Shown here: piece by piece, positions 1 to 12,995 of the stretch
How positions within the stretch are numbered: position 1 is the stretch's first letter
Layout of the letters: each line of letters starts with the position of its first letter
Assembly: GCA_965112155.1 (NCBI GenBank)
Contig: OZ218105.1
Reading direction: 5' to 3' (one strand)
Length of the DNA: 64,000 nt
Origin: Podarcis liolepis
Taxonomy: Eukaryota
Program-made: the position numbers and the translations under genes
The notes under the pieces: model-generated
What the model was told of the DNA's origin: nothing
The model's database searches: none
Seen by the model: only the letters and a program-made list of their open reading frames with translations

Positions 1-181
1 CTATTCAACAGTGAAACGGTTTCCCTCAGGAGGTTGCAGGCTCTCCTTCCTTGGAGGTTTTTAAGCAGAGGTTGTGTGGTCATCTGTTATGGATGCTTTA
101 GTTGAGATACCTACACTGCAGGGGGTTGGACTAGATGACCATTGGGGGTCCCTTCCAACTCTACAATTCTATGATTCTATG
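1..181 (+). mobile_element. CR1 LINE 3' end (runs off the window start)
   Basis: ctctccttccttggaggtttttaagcagagg...ggtcccttccaactctacaattctatgattctatg, with the CR1 (ATTCTRTG)n tail. Confidence 0.85.
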
Positions 182-204
182 TATAATCAAACTCAGCAGG
201 TGTG

Positions 205-700
205 AACCTAAGAACAGCCTTCCTGGATCAGACCTAAAATCCATCTCTTCCAGCATTTTCCCCCACAGTGGCCACCAAGTGTCTCTGGGAAACCCACAAG
301 CAAGACATGAAGGAAAGAGCTCTTTCTGCCTCTTACTCTCCGGCAACCAGCACTGAGAGGCAAAGCACCCCTGAAGCTGGAAATAGCATATAGACACCTT
401 GATTAATAGCCACTGAGAGCTTTATGTGTCTGGTCTGGTCCTGTTTTAATGCTTTCTGTTTTTTTAACAATCCAGTACGGTGTCTTGCGGCAGTTAACCC
501 TGCGCACTGTTGTGTGAAAAATTACTCACTTGCTACCATCCTGAATCAATCGGTATCGCCGGATGACCACTAGGCACTACTATTACGAGAACAGAAGGGG
601 GGGAACCTCCACTTTTCTCAAAACATGTATGATTTTATGAACCTCCATAATGCTCTCTCTTACCTGCCCTTCTCACATTTAAAAAGTGTTTCTCAAAGAG
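205..700 (-). mobile_element. Old CR1/L3-type LINE 3' fragment
   Basis: Diverged match to the antisense CR1 3' region (cacagtggccacc...aacccacaagca...tgtgtgaaaaattact...). Confidence 0.5.
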
Positions 701-1533
701 ATCGTTCCGGCGTGCGTGTGTACACACAGCCCTCAACGTGTGTCGTGACAAATTAACTTTCTGTAGGTGAAAGTGAATCAAGGTACGAGCCACCTTGACG
801 TCCAAAGGAGGTCCAGCAAAATGTTTTTAAAGCTAATTTAATTGCTGAAACATATTACCCCCAAATGCTTGAGCTTGAAATGATTTGATTCCTTATGGAC
901 ATTATTAAAACACACAGATCTATTGTACATTTCAGGGACATTCTGTCAAACATTAGAATTTACTCTGGAATTAGCCAGGGACTTGATGTTTGAAGTCTGC
1001 AAATGAATGTAAATCAAGTTCAGAATGAGTATATTAAAATGATGATTTAAAAGCACTTCAAAGGCTAATTGAAAGCTGATTAATCTAAATTTTGTTTCAT
1101 GTCTTTTGCCTTTGTACACTGAAAGTTATGGTAACTTCCCTGCAATCAGTGCTCCAGGAAAAAAAACCCACAGATATATTATACACACGAACATTCTTCT
1201 CTTTGCTAATTTTTAAGTTCAAAAGAAAGAAGCTAAACTTTATACACATAAAAAATAATGTGTGCTTTCACAGCATGCTACATTTGCAACCAAAAGGCCA
1301 GAATATATATTAATTTTTTACTTCTGCGTGTATGTTTATGGGAAGTTACCACAGATTTTGATGGGGGCTTTTGCATTTTCAGCCCCATTCTAAACAAGGA
1401 AAGAGATGTTGGCTGTACTGAAGGTGCATATATTTTTAAGAACCAATAGGTCAATATATAACCATGTTCTCTCTGAACCAGGGATGGCAAACCTGCTTCA
1501 AACCTTGGTTAAGATGTGAAACCTAACTGGTGT

Positions 1534-1659
1534 CAGGGCTTTTCCCCCCAGTCAGAACTCAGTTCTGGCACTTCTCAGGTGGGCGCCATTGCCATTATAA
1601 GAGAACAAGGGAGGCGTCCACGGTTATTTTTGGCACCTCTTCTAGAAAAAATAGCTCTG
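1534..1659. mobile_element. ~125-bp MITE, hAT-like ends
   Basis: Ends CAGGGCTTTT...AAAAATAGCTCTG; homologous copy at 9721-9846. Confidence 0.65.
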
Positions 1660-2059
1660 GTTAGTATTAATTATAGTCAGCACTAGTGCAATAAACCATG
1701 GTTAAAACAAGTAAGGGGGAAGGAGAAGGGGGAAGGGGGAAGGGAGCACATAAGCCTGTGGTCCACACCAAACCTCTTAAGCATGGTAAAGTTTAGCAGC
1801 ATTACATATGCACTAGGCTCCAATATAAGCTTTCTCTTCCTTCTATTTAAGTGATGGAAGATAGGCAAGTACTGATTACTTTCATTTATTACTCCTGAGG
1901 CTGCATCATTTTTCTTTCAGGACTAAACTGCGGCAGTCCTTTTGCGCTTCAATGTGACCTGCATTAGAAAACTTATTATTCACTCCTATCCATAGTAAAA
2001 AAAACACACCCTGAAACGAATGCAGCTAGTAGTTAATTTCAAAAACATATCCTGCATTA

Positions 2060-2300
2060 TCAGAGAACTGTAGGGGCTTCACAGGTCATCCAGGCTAATT
2101 TCCTACTAAGAAGGAATGACGCCTACACTACCCATCCCTGCCAAGGGCTCATCTAGTCTCAGATTCAAATAACGCAGCAACAGGAAATTCTTCACAACTT
2201 CTCTAGTCTGATTCTTCTACTAGCCAAATCATGCCTATCATTAGAAAATCTTTCCTAATAGCGAACAAAGTGTTATGGCGCCCAAGCTTAAACCTATCAT
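2060..2300 (-). mobile_element. Old CR1 3' fragment
   Basis: Degenerate antisense CR1 3' motifs (aggtcatc..., ccatccctg..., ttagaaaatctttcctaat). Confidence 0.4.
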
Positions 2301-2516
2301 ACAAATGTTAATCTGTCATACAGTTCCTCAAAGGCATTGGTGCACCTTGTTCTCTTCTCATGTTGGAGCAAATGAGGAAATCCTGTGTATGTGGGCATCA
2401 CTGCCATAGCCATACTGAATGAATGCTATAACCCTTTTCAAATACACATTAGAAAAATGAAGAAAAAAACCTAAAACTTAAGAAAAATGAAATGGAGACT
2501 TGTCCATCATCACAGG

Positions 2517-3192
2517 TGTTATGTATTCAGTGGTCTGTGTTTGCCTGAGCTAAGGATCCTGAGCCCCTGTGTTCTGATTTGATACTTGATATCCAATCAC
2601 AGGGGACGCGGGTGGCGCTGTGGGTAAAACCTCAGCGCCTAGGACTTGCCAATCATCAGGTCGGTGGTTCGAATCCCCGCGGCGGGGTGCGCTCCCGTTG
2701 CTCGGTCCCAGCACCTGCCAACCTAGCAGTTCGAAAGCACCCCCGGGTGCAAGTAGATAAATAGGGACCACTTACTAGCGGGAAGGTAAACGCCATTTCC
2801 GTGTGCTGTGCTGGCTCGCCAGATGCAGCTTGTCACGCTGGCCACGTGACCCGGAAGTGTCTGCGGACAGCGCTGGCCCCCGGCCTCTTAAGTGAGATGG
2901 GCGCACAACCCTAGAGTCGGACACGACTGGCCCGTACGGGCAGGGGTACCTTTACCTATCCAATCACAGAACATTTCAGGACTTGGGCCTCTGCCACTGG
3001 CCCTTAAACTCTGAGTCATGATTCACAGCTTTCAAGTTTAGACAGCCAATCACATTGGGAGTGGGAGTGGCCCAGGCCTCCAGAAATGTATATAAGCAGT
3101 TGCTTGGCCACTGCTGCCCAGTTATGCTAGTTCAATAAAGGTTCTTGCTGTTGTCACTGTGTCTTGCCTCGTGGGAACCCACCTACACTTCA
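2517..3192 (+). mobile_element. Probable solo LTR (~310 bp net) interrupted by a Sauria SINE
   Basis: TG...CA ends; CCAAT 3046, TATATAA 3089, AATAAA 3134 in LTR order; flanks acagg/ataag may be a decayed 5-bp TSD. Confidence 0.55.
2603..2956 (+). mobile_element. Sauria SINE (subfamily C here)
   Basis: GGGACGCGGGTGGCGCTG head, GGTTCGAATCC B box, ACCTTT tail; 13-bp TSD TATCCAATCACAG. Confidence 0.95.
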
Positions 3193-4830
3193 ATAAGATA
3201 GTCCTACACCCTGTGGTCACAGGTTAGATCTGACCATAAATGGGTGGGCTCTGTAGGCCAGAGTCTCTTGCCTCTTGTCAGCAATGTTGACATAGGGAAG
3301 ACACATGATGCTACTGTGTTCAGAGTCGCCCCTCTCCCATGAGACATCACTGGCTGCCACTTGAGGAAGTGGTGGGTAGCAAAATGTCATGCATGATTTT
3401 GTTGAACCACATATCTTCATTAACTAAATGGTACTGGGAGGTGCGGGGGGGGGGTGTGGACTGGTAGCGTTCATTATAACGCGCAGTTTGGGCCTGAGAC
3501 CCATTCATTTTCCGGAAAACTGAAGTAGCTTTCCAAAGTGAATTGCTTTAGCTCCGTTTCAGCCCAGGCTAGTCGGCAAAGGCGGAGGATAAATGAATCC
3601 CCAAAGCACTGCAAAACTTCCGCAGTAAAAATGTAAATGGATTATCTCCCCTATTAATATCTCACTAAACAGCCACACTTTAGAAGCAATCATTTATCTG
3701 TGGCTCACAACATAAAAGCTAAATGATATTTTCACCATGAATCATTGGGTTGCTCTAAGATGAGTGTAGATGGTGGGCTGGGCCTAACTCAGCAATCTCC
3801 TAGGAGGAAATAAAATATTCAGACCATCTTGCAAGTAGGCTTCTAGTTGTCACTCTCTCCACCCCACCCACAACCGCAGAACCAATTTGCAAGCAATACT
3901 TAATTTTCTGCCAACGTGACGGTTGGGCGCTAGCACCAAGGAGCATGAATGAGATTTGTTCTGATTGAGTTTTCAAAGGCACAAATACAAACCCGGAAGA
4001 ACAGCCTTAACACTTCTACTGTATTGTGTTGATAACCCAGATTTTTTTTAACCATCCAAGCTATATAGCCCCAAAGGAAGATATATGCCACTATTACTGT
4101 GTCCTTATTCCTATTGGAGCCATGCAGTTGTCTGCTGCAAAGCACAACACTCCACAGGATAGAGCCCTACAGAACTTCATCTGCGTGTTCTTCAGGGCAT
4201 GACACATTTCCTGTGGGTGTACAAATGTTCTGGAAATGGTACCAAAAAAAGGAACCAAAATAATCAAGGGGTTGGTTTGAATTTCTGTATGTAAAAAGCT
4301 AACATGATTTTAGTTGGCGGGTTTTAAGATGGTTAAAGATGGAGAACAGAAAGAGAAATCTTTGCCTCCCTCTCTCATAATGAAGGGGTCTTAGAGACTG
4401 CCTGTGGCCTGTGGCTGGAAACAGGATTCTGAACTAGGTGAACACACCGTCTGATCCAGCAGGGCCTCTCTCAGGGTTCTTCGTATAAAAATAATTTGTT
4501 CTCTAGAGGCTAATGGTTTATAATGTTAAGGAAGGGTTAAGGAATAGTTTGCGTAATGCAGATGGACACATTACACCCTACTTTTAACGTTCGTTATGCA
4601 CTATTGAAATGTGACATCAGAGGGCGATGCGGAGGAACCAGCAATAGGAAAACTGTGTTTTTATGGAGAAAACAAGGTAAGAAGCACTTTTTAATTTACC
4701 AGTATGTCCTGTGTCGTTTTAGAAAGATATATCTAATAACATTCTAATAAAGCCACAACAGGTCAGTGCAGATCCAGGGCTCAGCTACATTAGTAAAGAA
4801 AAAGTGTTTTATATGAGTTATAAAGCTGTG

Positions 4831-4846
4831 ATACCAGATGGCGCTG
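4831..4846 (+). promoter_or_regulatory. Candidate CTCF site
   Basis: ATACCAGATGGCGC matches 12/14 positions of CCASYAGRKGGCRS; motif only. Confidence 0.3.
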
Positions 4847-5195
4847 TGGAGTCCCATCTTTCGCCAATGTGATTTCCCATAACAAAGTTTACAATGCGTT
4901 TTCCTGAAACACTTTTTTGATGTGTCTAGATCCAGCCCTAGTCTAGCACTTACTCAGATCTCAATAAACTTTGCCTGACCAAACTGAGGAGACTGTTTAA
5001 TTATGAATCCAGTCTTACAAGACTATTTAGAGGCATGACACGTCCAGATATATTGTCGTAATACTTACCGTTTCTTAATGTGAAAAATGCTATACAGTAA
5101 TTTCCAATGTTTGGGTGGCCGTCATCTAAGAATTTTTGGGCCAATTCCCAGCAAGTGCCCATGGTGGAAAATGCATCAAGGTATGCCCAATAAAA

Positions 5196-5537
5196 GGGAC
5201 ATGGGTGGCGCTGTGGGTTAAACCACAGAACCTAGGACTTGCTGATCAGAAGGTTGGCAGTTCAAATCCCCACAATGGGGTGAGCTCCCGTTGCTCGGTC
5301 CCTGCTCCTGCCAACCTAGCAGTTCGAAAGCATGTCAAAGTGCAAGTAGATAAATAGGTACCGCTCCAGCGGGAAGGTAAATGGCATTCCGTTCACTGCT
5401 CTGGTTCGCCAGAAGCGGCTCAGTCATGCTGGCCACATGACCCGGAAGCTCTCTCGGCCAGTAAAGCGAGATGAGCGCCGCAACCCCAGAGTCGGCCACA
5501 ACTGGACCTAATGGTCAGGGGTCCCTTTACCTTTACC
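5196..5537 (+). mobile_element. Sauria SINE (subfamily A here)
   Basis: Full head to (ACCTTT)n tail; 13-bp TSD TATGCCCAATAAA. Confidence 0.95.
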
Positions 5538-6834
5538 TATGCCCAATAAACTGCTATCTTACACCACTATTACTTAGCAACTTTCCAAGGATTATTTCCT
5601 ATGAAATGCGCATAGTAAAGTGATATTCGACGGCCCTGAGGGAAGGATGGGACAGGGTGTTCAGGTGGCTCCAACTTCTAATTGCATGTTGATCTAAGCC
5701 GGAGAGCAGCAACAACAGGAAGCGAAAGGTGGATAAAGATCTCCCCGTATAGGCTGCCGGACCCAGCATGACTGTTTAAGATTCACTATCCCCTCCCTGG
5801 GCAACTCCAAAGAGTTGCATCTGAAATAGAATCCGCTGCTCCAACCTTGAATTGTAAAACTCACAAAAACAAAATAAAACTGCTATCCGGTTATCTGTGC
5901 AAACCAGCACTGTATTAACAAGGTGTTATGCCAAGTGATATTTAGCTGACACTTTCTCCGAATGAACGGAATCAGAAAAACTCTGTGTCTCTATCGAGAA
6001 TATATTAGTCATGCAGTGGTGGATTAATCAGTTTGCAATGAATATAGAGTACATGTCAGTCCTTGAACAATGTGCAAATTATTTGAACACACTGCTACAG
6101 ACGGGAGAGATTTTTTTATTACATTGTGATATGCATCAGCGAAATGGAAACACTCGTGTTTTCGCTTTGCCGCTTCACGATTTTTAGCTGTTTCCAAACA
6201 ATTACTCCCTGAGAGAGGGAGAGAGAGCCTCCCTGGAATTGCGTGGGTGCCCAATAATCAAAATAGAGGAATATTACAAAGGAAAGGAGGTGGGTATACC
6301 TCTTGAGAGGCACTTTTGGTTAGTGGCATCTATGCTGCTGTTCTGCAATTCCATTTTCAGGAGTTCCGCCACTTGCTGGGCTGGTGTTGTTCAGTTAGTT
6401 TAGTCACAGCTATGGAGTCCCTCTGGGAAAACCACAGTATCTGGAAAGTGGCAATAGTGGACAATTCTGCTTCCTGTTGTGTCCTCTGATAGTTACTGCC
6501 ACTTCACTGCAAATGCTGAAAAGGAAGATTTCTTGCCCACTAAGAGCCATGACTGTGCCTGCACATGATTTGATTTTGGGAAGGTGATGGCATCAGGTGT
6601 CACAGGTACCTGTTGGGTGAGGCTGTTAGCACAGATAAACCCATGCACATAAATCCATGCTATTTTAAATCTCCCACTGTTTGAAAATACTGTCCATCAG
6701 TTTGTTTATTTCTTTTTACCTTTGGAAATTGTGCACTCAGTCTCTCTAGTGCATGGTCAAACACACACACATACACATCCCTCTCTTACAATCTTTTTTC
6801 AAAAGCAACAATAATGAAAAGAGATATTTTCCCA

Positions 6835-6835
<1 letters not shown>

Positions 6836-6873
<38 letters not shown>
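6836..6873. repeat. (CA)n microsatellite
   Basis: Seen directly. Confidence 0.95.
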
Positions 6874-6875
<2 letters not shown>

Positions 6876-7450
6876 GTTGCTAGTGAAAAGTCAAATCATG
6901 ACCACAATAAAGGATGAATTGAGTGTTTAAGTAAATGGTGACAGTGGGAGAGAAGTGAAAGGAGTGCAGGAAATGATCTTAGATAAGCAGAGCAACAGCA
7001 CCAATCCTTCACCCTGCATCTGCAGAGAGAGGGCTGAGATTTGAAAAATATGAGCCGACAGTGAAGTGGATGGATTTAAGGGAGAAAGATTGCACTGTGG
7101 GTTCATCATACGAGTTTAGCTTCGAGTTGTGGTTGGTTTTAAAAGCTGCTTACCTAAGATGCAGCAAAATTAAAATAATGTGTGTATATGCAAAGGCACT
7201 TGTGCAGGATTCTGTGTGCACATGTATTTTACACAACAGTCAGTTCCACATACTAGAATTTCTATAAAGAGGAATATGATACATTTTTCTATTTCCCTGT
7301 ACAGTGTCACGCCAGTATCACTGTAGAATAAATGTTTTTCGGGAGTGGGGGAGGATGCCAGAGAAGGCAGAATGTATTTCAGCAAAAACAATTGATCCTT
7401 TTGCTTGAGGGCTTGAAAGAGGATTTTTTGAAGAGATAACAAAACCCAAA

Positions 7451-7452
<2 letters not shown>

Positions 7453-7492
<40 letters not shown>
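7453..7492. repeat. (TG)n microsatellite
   Basis: Seen directly. Confidence 0.95.
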
Positions 7493-7493
<1 letters not shown>

Positions 7494-7863
7494 GTAAGGC
7501 TACATAACCCAAAGTAGCTTAATTAGATAGTGATGTGCAAAGCAAACTATGGCAAAGGTAAGAATATCTTCTTTGTGGCATTTGTGCCTGTTCTTTTGGG
7601 CCATTTAGGATTGATTTGGCCCCTGGAAAATGCAGCACCGAGAATGGCTCCATGGATGCAAACACGGTAAAAATTGCTTCTGACCTGGTGGCTTCTGTGC
7701 TTAAAAGTTGTCATATCCTGGGAGCGACCTGACATTTCTACAAGCTCAGCAGCACATTTCTTAGCCCCCAGAAATGGCAACTGCAATCCAGCCCAAAGTT
7801 TAGGCACACTACTCATTTTCTACTGAGCCTCAAATTATGGCTGCCACGAGGAAATTCAATGTA

Positions 7864-8089
7864 CAGTGGTACCTCGGGTTACATACGCTTCCGCTTACAG
7901 TCTCTGCTAACCCAGAAATAATACCTCGGGCTAAGAACTTTGCTTCAGGATGAGAACAGAAATCATGCTCCAGCGGCACGGCGGCAGCAGGAGGCCCCAT
8001 TAGCTAAAGTGGTGCTTCAGGTTAAGAACAGTTTCAGGTTAAGAACCAACCTCCGGAACGAATTAAGTACTTAACCCGAGGTACCACTG
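7864..8089. mobile_element. Tc1/mariner (pogo/Tigger-like) MITE
   Basis: TIR CAGTGGTACCTCGGGTTA / TAACCCGAGGTACCACTG; TA TSD. Confidence 0.92.
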
Positions 8090-8518
8090 TAGTAATATAT
8101 TAGCACAGTCTGCCAGGTGACTCCATGCCTCTGCCATGTATTTTTGTTAGCAGCTAAAAGGCGGCTGTTCCAAGTGACTTCTCTGTGGATAGTGCCATTA
8201 TATAGTTTCGTCATTAGGTGGCACTAGACTTATTTGCATCTTAGCGGAGCCAGGAGTTGCCAATTGTGGTTATGTTCCGGTTGGAGAGGGACAACAAAGT
8301 TCTTGCTTAGCCTCCTGACTTTTGTGTGGCGTTTGTAATGTGTAGACTGGTCCAATGGGGTAGCTCTCAGAAATCAACGATTTTCACACATAGCAGTGAT
8401 GAGCCTGTGGTTTTCCAAATGTTGTAGACCAGCTACCTCTGGAAGGCTACAGGTTTGCCATCCCTAACACATAGCAGCCAATTTGTTGCTGCTTTTTTTC
8501 TTTATTAAACCTCATTGT

Positions 8519-8684
8519 GTGTATTCAGAACAGGGAACGATACTGAGCTTGATTATCACCTTCCTGAGATGTTTTCAGTCTTTAATACACATAAAACGAA
8601 CACGAATTGCGTGTATTCAAAACAGGGAACGAGAAATATCACCTTCCTGAGATGTTTTCAGTCTTTAATACACATAAAACGAAC
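8519..8684. repeat. Local tandem duplication, period ~92 bp
   Basis: gtgtattca-aacagggaacga...tatcaccttcctgagatgttttcagtctttaatacacataaaacgaac occurs twice (8519 and 8611). Confidence 0.9.
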
Positions 8685-9413
8685 TAGGCACTTAGCACTG
8701 TCAGTATTAAAAAAAGTCTCTTGTTTGACATCAACTCCGCCCACCGGAAAGCAGTGCAGTATTCAAAAGCTAGAGAGAATGTTCAGCTTCCCACCCTCAC
8801 ATGTCAAGTCCCATCAGATTATCCGAAAAGATTTTTTCAAAAAAGCAAATTTAAAAAGAAATTAGGCAGGCCTAATCACAAGGGAATGTTTTGTGAAGAG
8901 AAAACTCTTGAATTATAAGACAAGCAAGGTTTCCTCCCATAAAAGAGCTTTGCTTTACAGGGACCTTGAAAAAGCTCAAGCTGAAACACAGTAGTAAAGG
9001 CAAATGGAATTCTGGTATACTTTATGACGTGCTTAAAGTGAATGCAAACCTCCACACCATATAATAAACAAGGGAGGGGGGTTGTTTGTTATAAAAGCCA
9101 ACTCATCCACTCATGTCGGACAGAAGGACATGATTTTTTCTGTATCCATCTGAACATTAAGGAAGGTGCTAATGGCCACTTCAAACAATATGACTACCAT
9201 ACTGATGCTTTATATGTTTGTGTGTATACCTTGGTTTTATTGTATTTTATGTTGTAAGCCGCCTTGATAAATTTTATGAAAATGCGGATCATAACCATTC
9301 AAATAAATACATAAATACCATGTGAAGGTTGCTTGAAACATTACAGGGTTGTTCCATGCTTCAAGCTGTTTTAGGAGGTGTAGCTTCTACTATGCACCTG
9401 ATGCAATAAAATA

Positions 9414-9638
9414 CAGTGCTACCTCGGGTTAAGAACTTAATTCGTTCCAGAGGTCCGTTCTTAACCTGAGGCGCGCTTTCGCTAATGGGGCCTCCTGCTG
9501 CCGCTGTACCGCTGGTGTGCGATTTCCATTCTTATTCTGGGGTAAAGTTCTTAACCTGGAGCAACCACTTCTTGGTTAGCGGAGTTTGTAACCCGAAGCG
9601 TCTGTAACTCAAAGTGTCTGTAGCCCAAGGTACAACTG
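9414..9638. mobile_element. Tigger-like MITE (opposite orientation to the 7864 copy)
   Basis: CAGTGCTACCTCGGGTT...CCAAGGTACAACTG; TA TSD. Confidence 0.88.
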
Positions 9639-9720
9639 TATTCCAGTGTGGCAAGGAACCGGTGGGATTCAGCAAAACTGTGCCAACGAGCAGTCTTGTC
9701 TCAATAACAATAACTATAAT

Positions 9721-9846
9721 CAGGGCTTTTTTTTCCAGCTGGAACTCAGTTCCGGCACCACTCAGGTGAACACCATTGCCATTATAAGAGAACAGGGAGG
9801 CTTCATGGTGAGTTCTGGCACCCCCTTTTCTAGAAAAATAGCACTG
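9721..9846. mobile_element. ~125-bp MITE, hAT-like ends
   Basis: CAGGGCTTTTTTT...AAAAATAGCACTG; homologous to 1534-1659. Confidence 0.7.
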
Positions 9847-9851
9847 ATAGT

Positions 9852-9853
<2 letters not shown>

Positions 9854-9891
<38 letters not shown>

Positions 9892-9916
9892 TGCTGCCCA
9901 TCTGACTGGGTTGCCC
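9854..9916 (-). repeat. (AAT)n microsatellite with adjacent L2 3' end remnant
   Basis: (AAT)n followed by gcccatctgactgggttgccc, as in the other L2 tails here. Confidence 0.7.
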
Positions 9917-11357
9917 ATAAATGATAGCACAAGCATTGCAAACACCTCTGAAAGGATACTGCCATTCTAGAGCTAAAAGAGGCTCAGAAAAGGAACTGGC
10001 CTACAAAGCCAAAGAACTCAATACTGAGCTTGATTAATTCATAGTCCGGCTCTGCTTAAGGAAGTCTTCTATCTTCTTTAGTTAACGGTCTGGCCTATAT
10101 AACTTAGAACCCACCAAGCTGAATGCAGCCTTCCAGCTCACCTACTGAGGTCTCAATAAATTTGCTGTTTTTGTTAAGTACCCGTAACTATAAATTTAGT
10201 GGCCTGGTAGGCCACTGTGGAGTGGGCTACATTTGACTTGGTGGGTCGCAAGTTGTATAGGATTGCAACAGGAGAAAAAGCATGGGGGCAATTGGCCACA
10301 ACTAACCACGCACTAGATTTGGCAATATTTCTCTATTTTTCCCCATACAGACACCATTCCTAATATCGCAGCTGTCTTTTTTGCCGTTCCACTTCCCTGC
10401 TTATTCTTCCCTTCCCCCAAATTTGCTTCTAACTAGATCAAGCAAACGTTTGGAATGATTATAAGGACACAATAAAAGGCTGAAAATTAGTCATTTGGCT
10501 TAAAAGAGAAAGAAAACACACCTCATATCTGAAGGGGCACCGTGTCCTCACAACATTTAAGGATTACAGGATGACAGAGCAGATTTGATTTATACTCTCT
10601 GTGCAGTTTGCATTAAAACTAACCTGTCTTTAAGGATGATTGTTTTTGGCACGGAAAAAAGGTGAAACAGTTAACTTCAAAAAAAGCATAAAAGGAACTT
10701 GGGAGAGTGGGGGGATATTCAAACTCACAACTGTATCCATTTTCATAATATATATCAAGCTGTAATTGCAAGATTGTAAGCGATGATTTGCTGCACCCCT
10801 GGCTCCCCAACCTCAGCACCTCGGCAGTGGGGAATGTGGCTCTTAGGATGAAAAGGTTTGCCCACCCCTGCCTTAAATGACTGGTGGCGGATACTTAAGT
10901 GAGATGGGCCGCTTCACGCTCCTTAACAACAGCCCCAACCCTTTCAGGCTGAGCACCTGCTGTGCTGTCTGTGCAGACGAAAGAGAATGCCTATACATGA
11001 AATCATACACCATAATAAATGCCCTTTTCATCCAGGCACTACCTGTTAAGCACTAAAGCGCCAAGCCAGGTGCAGAGGACGGCTCCCTTGCTACGCTCGG
11101 GGACACTTGTTTTCTCATTGCATATGCTCACTGAGAATCATAATGCGCTCAGAGAGGTGAAGAACATAACTTCATATTTTTTTTTCACGGAGCAAAAGGT
11201 TCGCTGAGCCACACGCTCAAATGGTCCAAGATCTTCTGTGGCATTTTCCAAAGCACTGCTCAGGAAATATGCCAGCTCAGTTGTACTGGCTGGAATTGAT
11301 GGGAGTGGTTATCCAAAACTTCTGGAGAGCACTGGATTGGTGAGGGACACCCTATGG

Positions 11358-11482
11358 CAGCCTTTCGTCCCCATATTTTATTGGACTAAACTCCCATCAT
11401 CCTTGACCACTGGTCCTGCTAGCTAGGGATGATGGGAGTTGTAGTCCAGAAACACCTGGGAACCCAAGGTTGAGAAAGGCTG
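11358..11482. mobile_element. Palindromic ~130-bp hAT MITE
   Basis: CAGCCTTTC...GAAAGGCTG ends; ctcccatcatcc / ggatgatgggag internal inverted repeat. Confidence 0.75.
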
Positions 11483-11500
11483 CTTATGGTATAAGTTTCT

Positions 11501-11943
11501 TAAGGGATGTATGAATCTGCCAATTTCAGTTTCGCTCAGTTTCTCATTTTACCAGCCTTAAGTTCAATTTTCCACATTTCCGGAGCAGCCTGCATATATG
11601 ACATAAATCCTCAGGAAAATTCATCAGCATTATCATGCAAATTTCTCTTAATATAGACATTTTTGCATGCCGTTTTGACTAATATACACTGTTTTGCAAG
11701 CAATTTCCTCTAAAATATTGTATTCTTATATGTTGTTTTCACAAATGTATGCATTTTCAAGCATGCTTTCAACAAATATACACATTTTTGTACACATTTT
11801 CTGGCTGGAGAACTGAACTGCAAAATTCAGAGAAATGCTAATTTCAGATAGCTATGTTTCAGCTTGTGTATTGGTTTGAAAAGTATGCACTAGATAGTTT
11901 CTCATTACCATGCAAACAAAAATGAATTTATCCCCCATCCCTA
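11501..11943. mobile_element. Old hAT-like non-autonomous DNA transposon
   Basis: TA(A)GGGATG ... CATCCCTA ends with an AT-rich interior. Confidence 0.5.
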
Positions 11944-12857
11944 TCCCTATTGCAGAAGATAATGGGTATGAGAGTTTAGAAGCACTGTGTGCAGAATACT
12001 AAAGCAGGGGAAATACTTTGTAAATAGACATTAAACAGCACTCTCTGAAAGGATCCAAAGTCAGCTATTGTTAAAAGAGGAGTTCTGAAACTCACAGTGG
12101 TAACTGTGAGAGGGAACGAACGTACTTCTGGCCCCATTATAAATTTTAGACCTCAGTAATTCTTCTCCCTCTCTGCTTCCATTCCTTCCTCCAACATGCA
12201 GTGCACAGAGCTTTTCTATTACACCATCTTCTGTCTCTCTGAAGAGGCTGCTCAGATGCTTCATCAACAATAAGTTCATTTTACAGGCACCCACTTGAAG
12301 ACCCACAGTTCTTCCTGAACATAGAAAGGGAGACATCCAGAATGGTGTCTGGGGAGACAGAAGTGGGCGAATAATGCTGGTGTCAGTCACTCATCCGTTA
12401 TGTGATTAAAGGATGTTCTTTTCAAGAATTATAGGCTAGATACCAGCAACAGAGCATTCACCTGAACCAGGCTGCATTTACAGCATCTTAGAAAGAACCA
12501 AACTCTTACAGAGACCTGATGCACCACTGATGCCTTCTTCAGTGGAAGCCTAATGAGTTGAGTTGCTGATGTGATTATGGATCTCTGAATGTCCAGAGAG
12601 TGGTCTCTTCGTGGCACAACATACAGAGAAATATCTTTGAGAACTGCTGTTGAATTCTTAGTGCATGCCCAGATGGCGTCTGCTTGCACTCTCAAGTCTG
12701 TGGCACCCAACCAGAAGTGTGGAAGATTCTGAAAGGTAAAGCTTTACAGGACATTGCCTTGCTCACTGTAGGACGATGCCTTACATCCACCTCTCCAACA
12801 TGCATGGAATTATGATGTGACGTTAGTGAATCAATTGTGTGGGTGTTGTTGTTTTCT

Positions 12858-12995
12858 AATAATAATAATAATAATAATAATATATAATAATAACAATTTA
12901 TTATTTATACCCTGCCCATCCAGCTGGGTTTCCCCAGCCACTTTGGGTGGCTTCCAACAAATATTAAAATACAATAGTCTGTTAAATATTAAAAC
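12858..12995 (-). mobile_element. L2 LINE 3' end with (AAT)n tail
   Basis: (AAT)n-tttatttataccctgcccatccagctgggtttccccagccac...cttccaaca; same tail as at 43576 and 63320. Confidence 0.8.

Noticed and set aside
12061-12710. Two minus-strand ORFs with faint resemblance to a DIRS gag-like region
   Set aside because: Similarity too weak to support without a profile search
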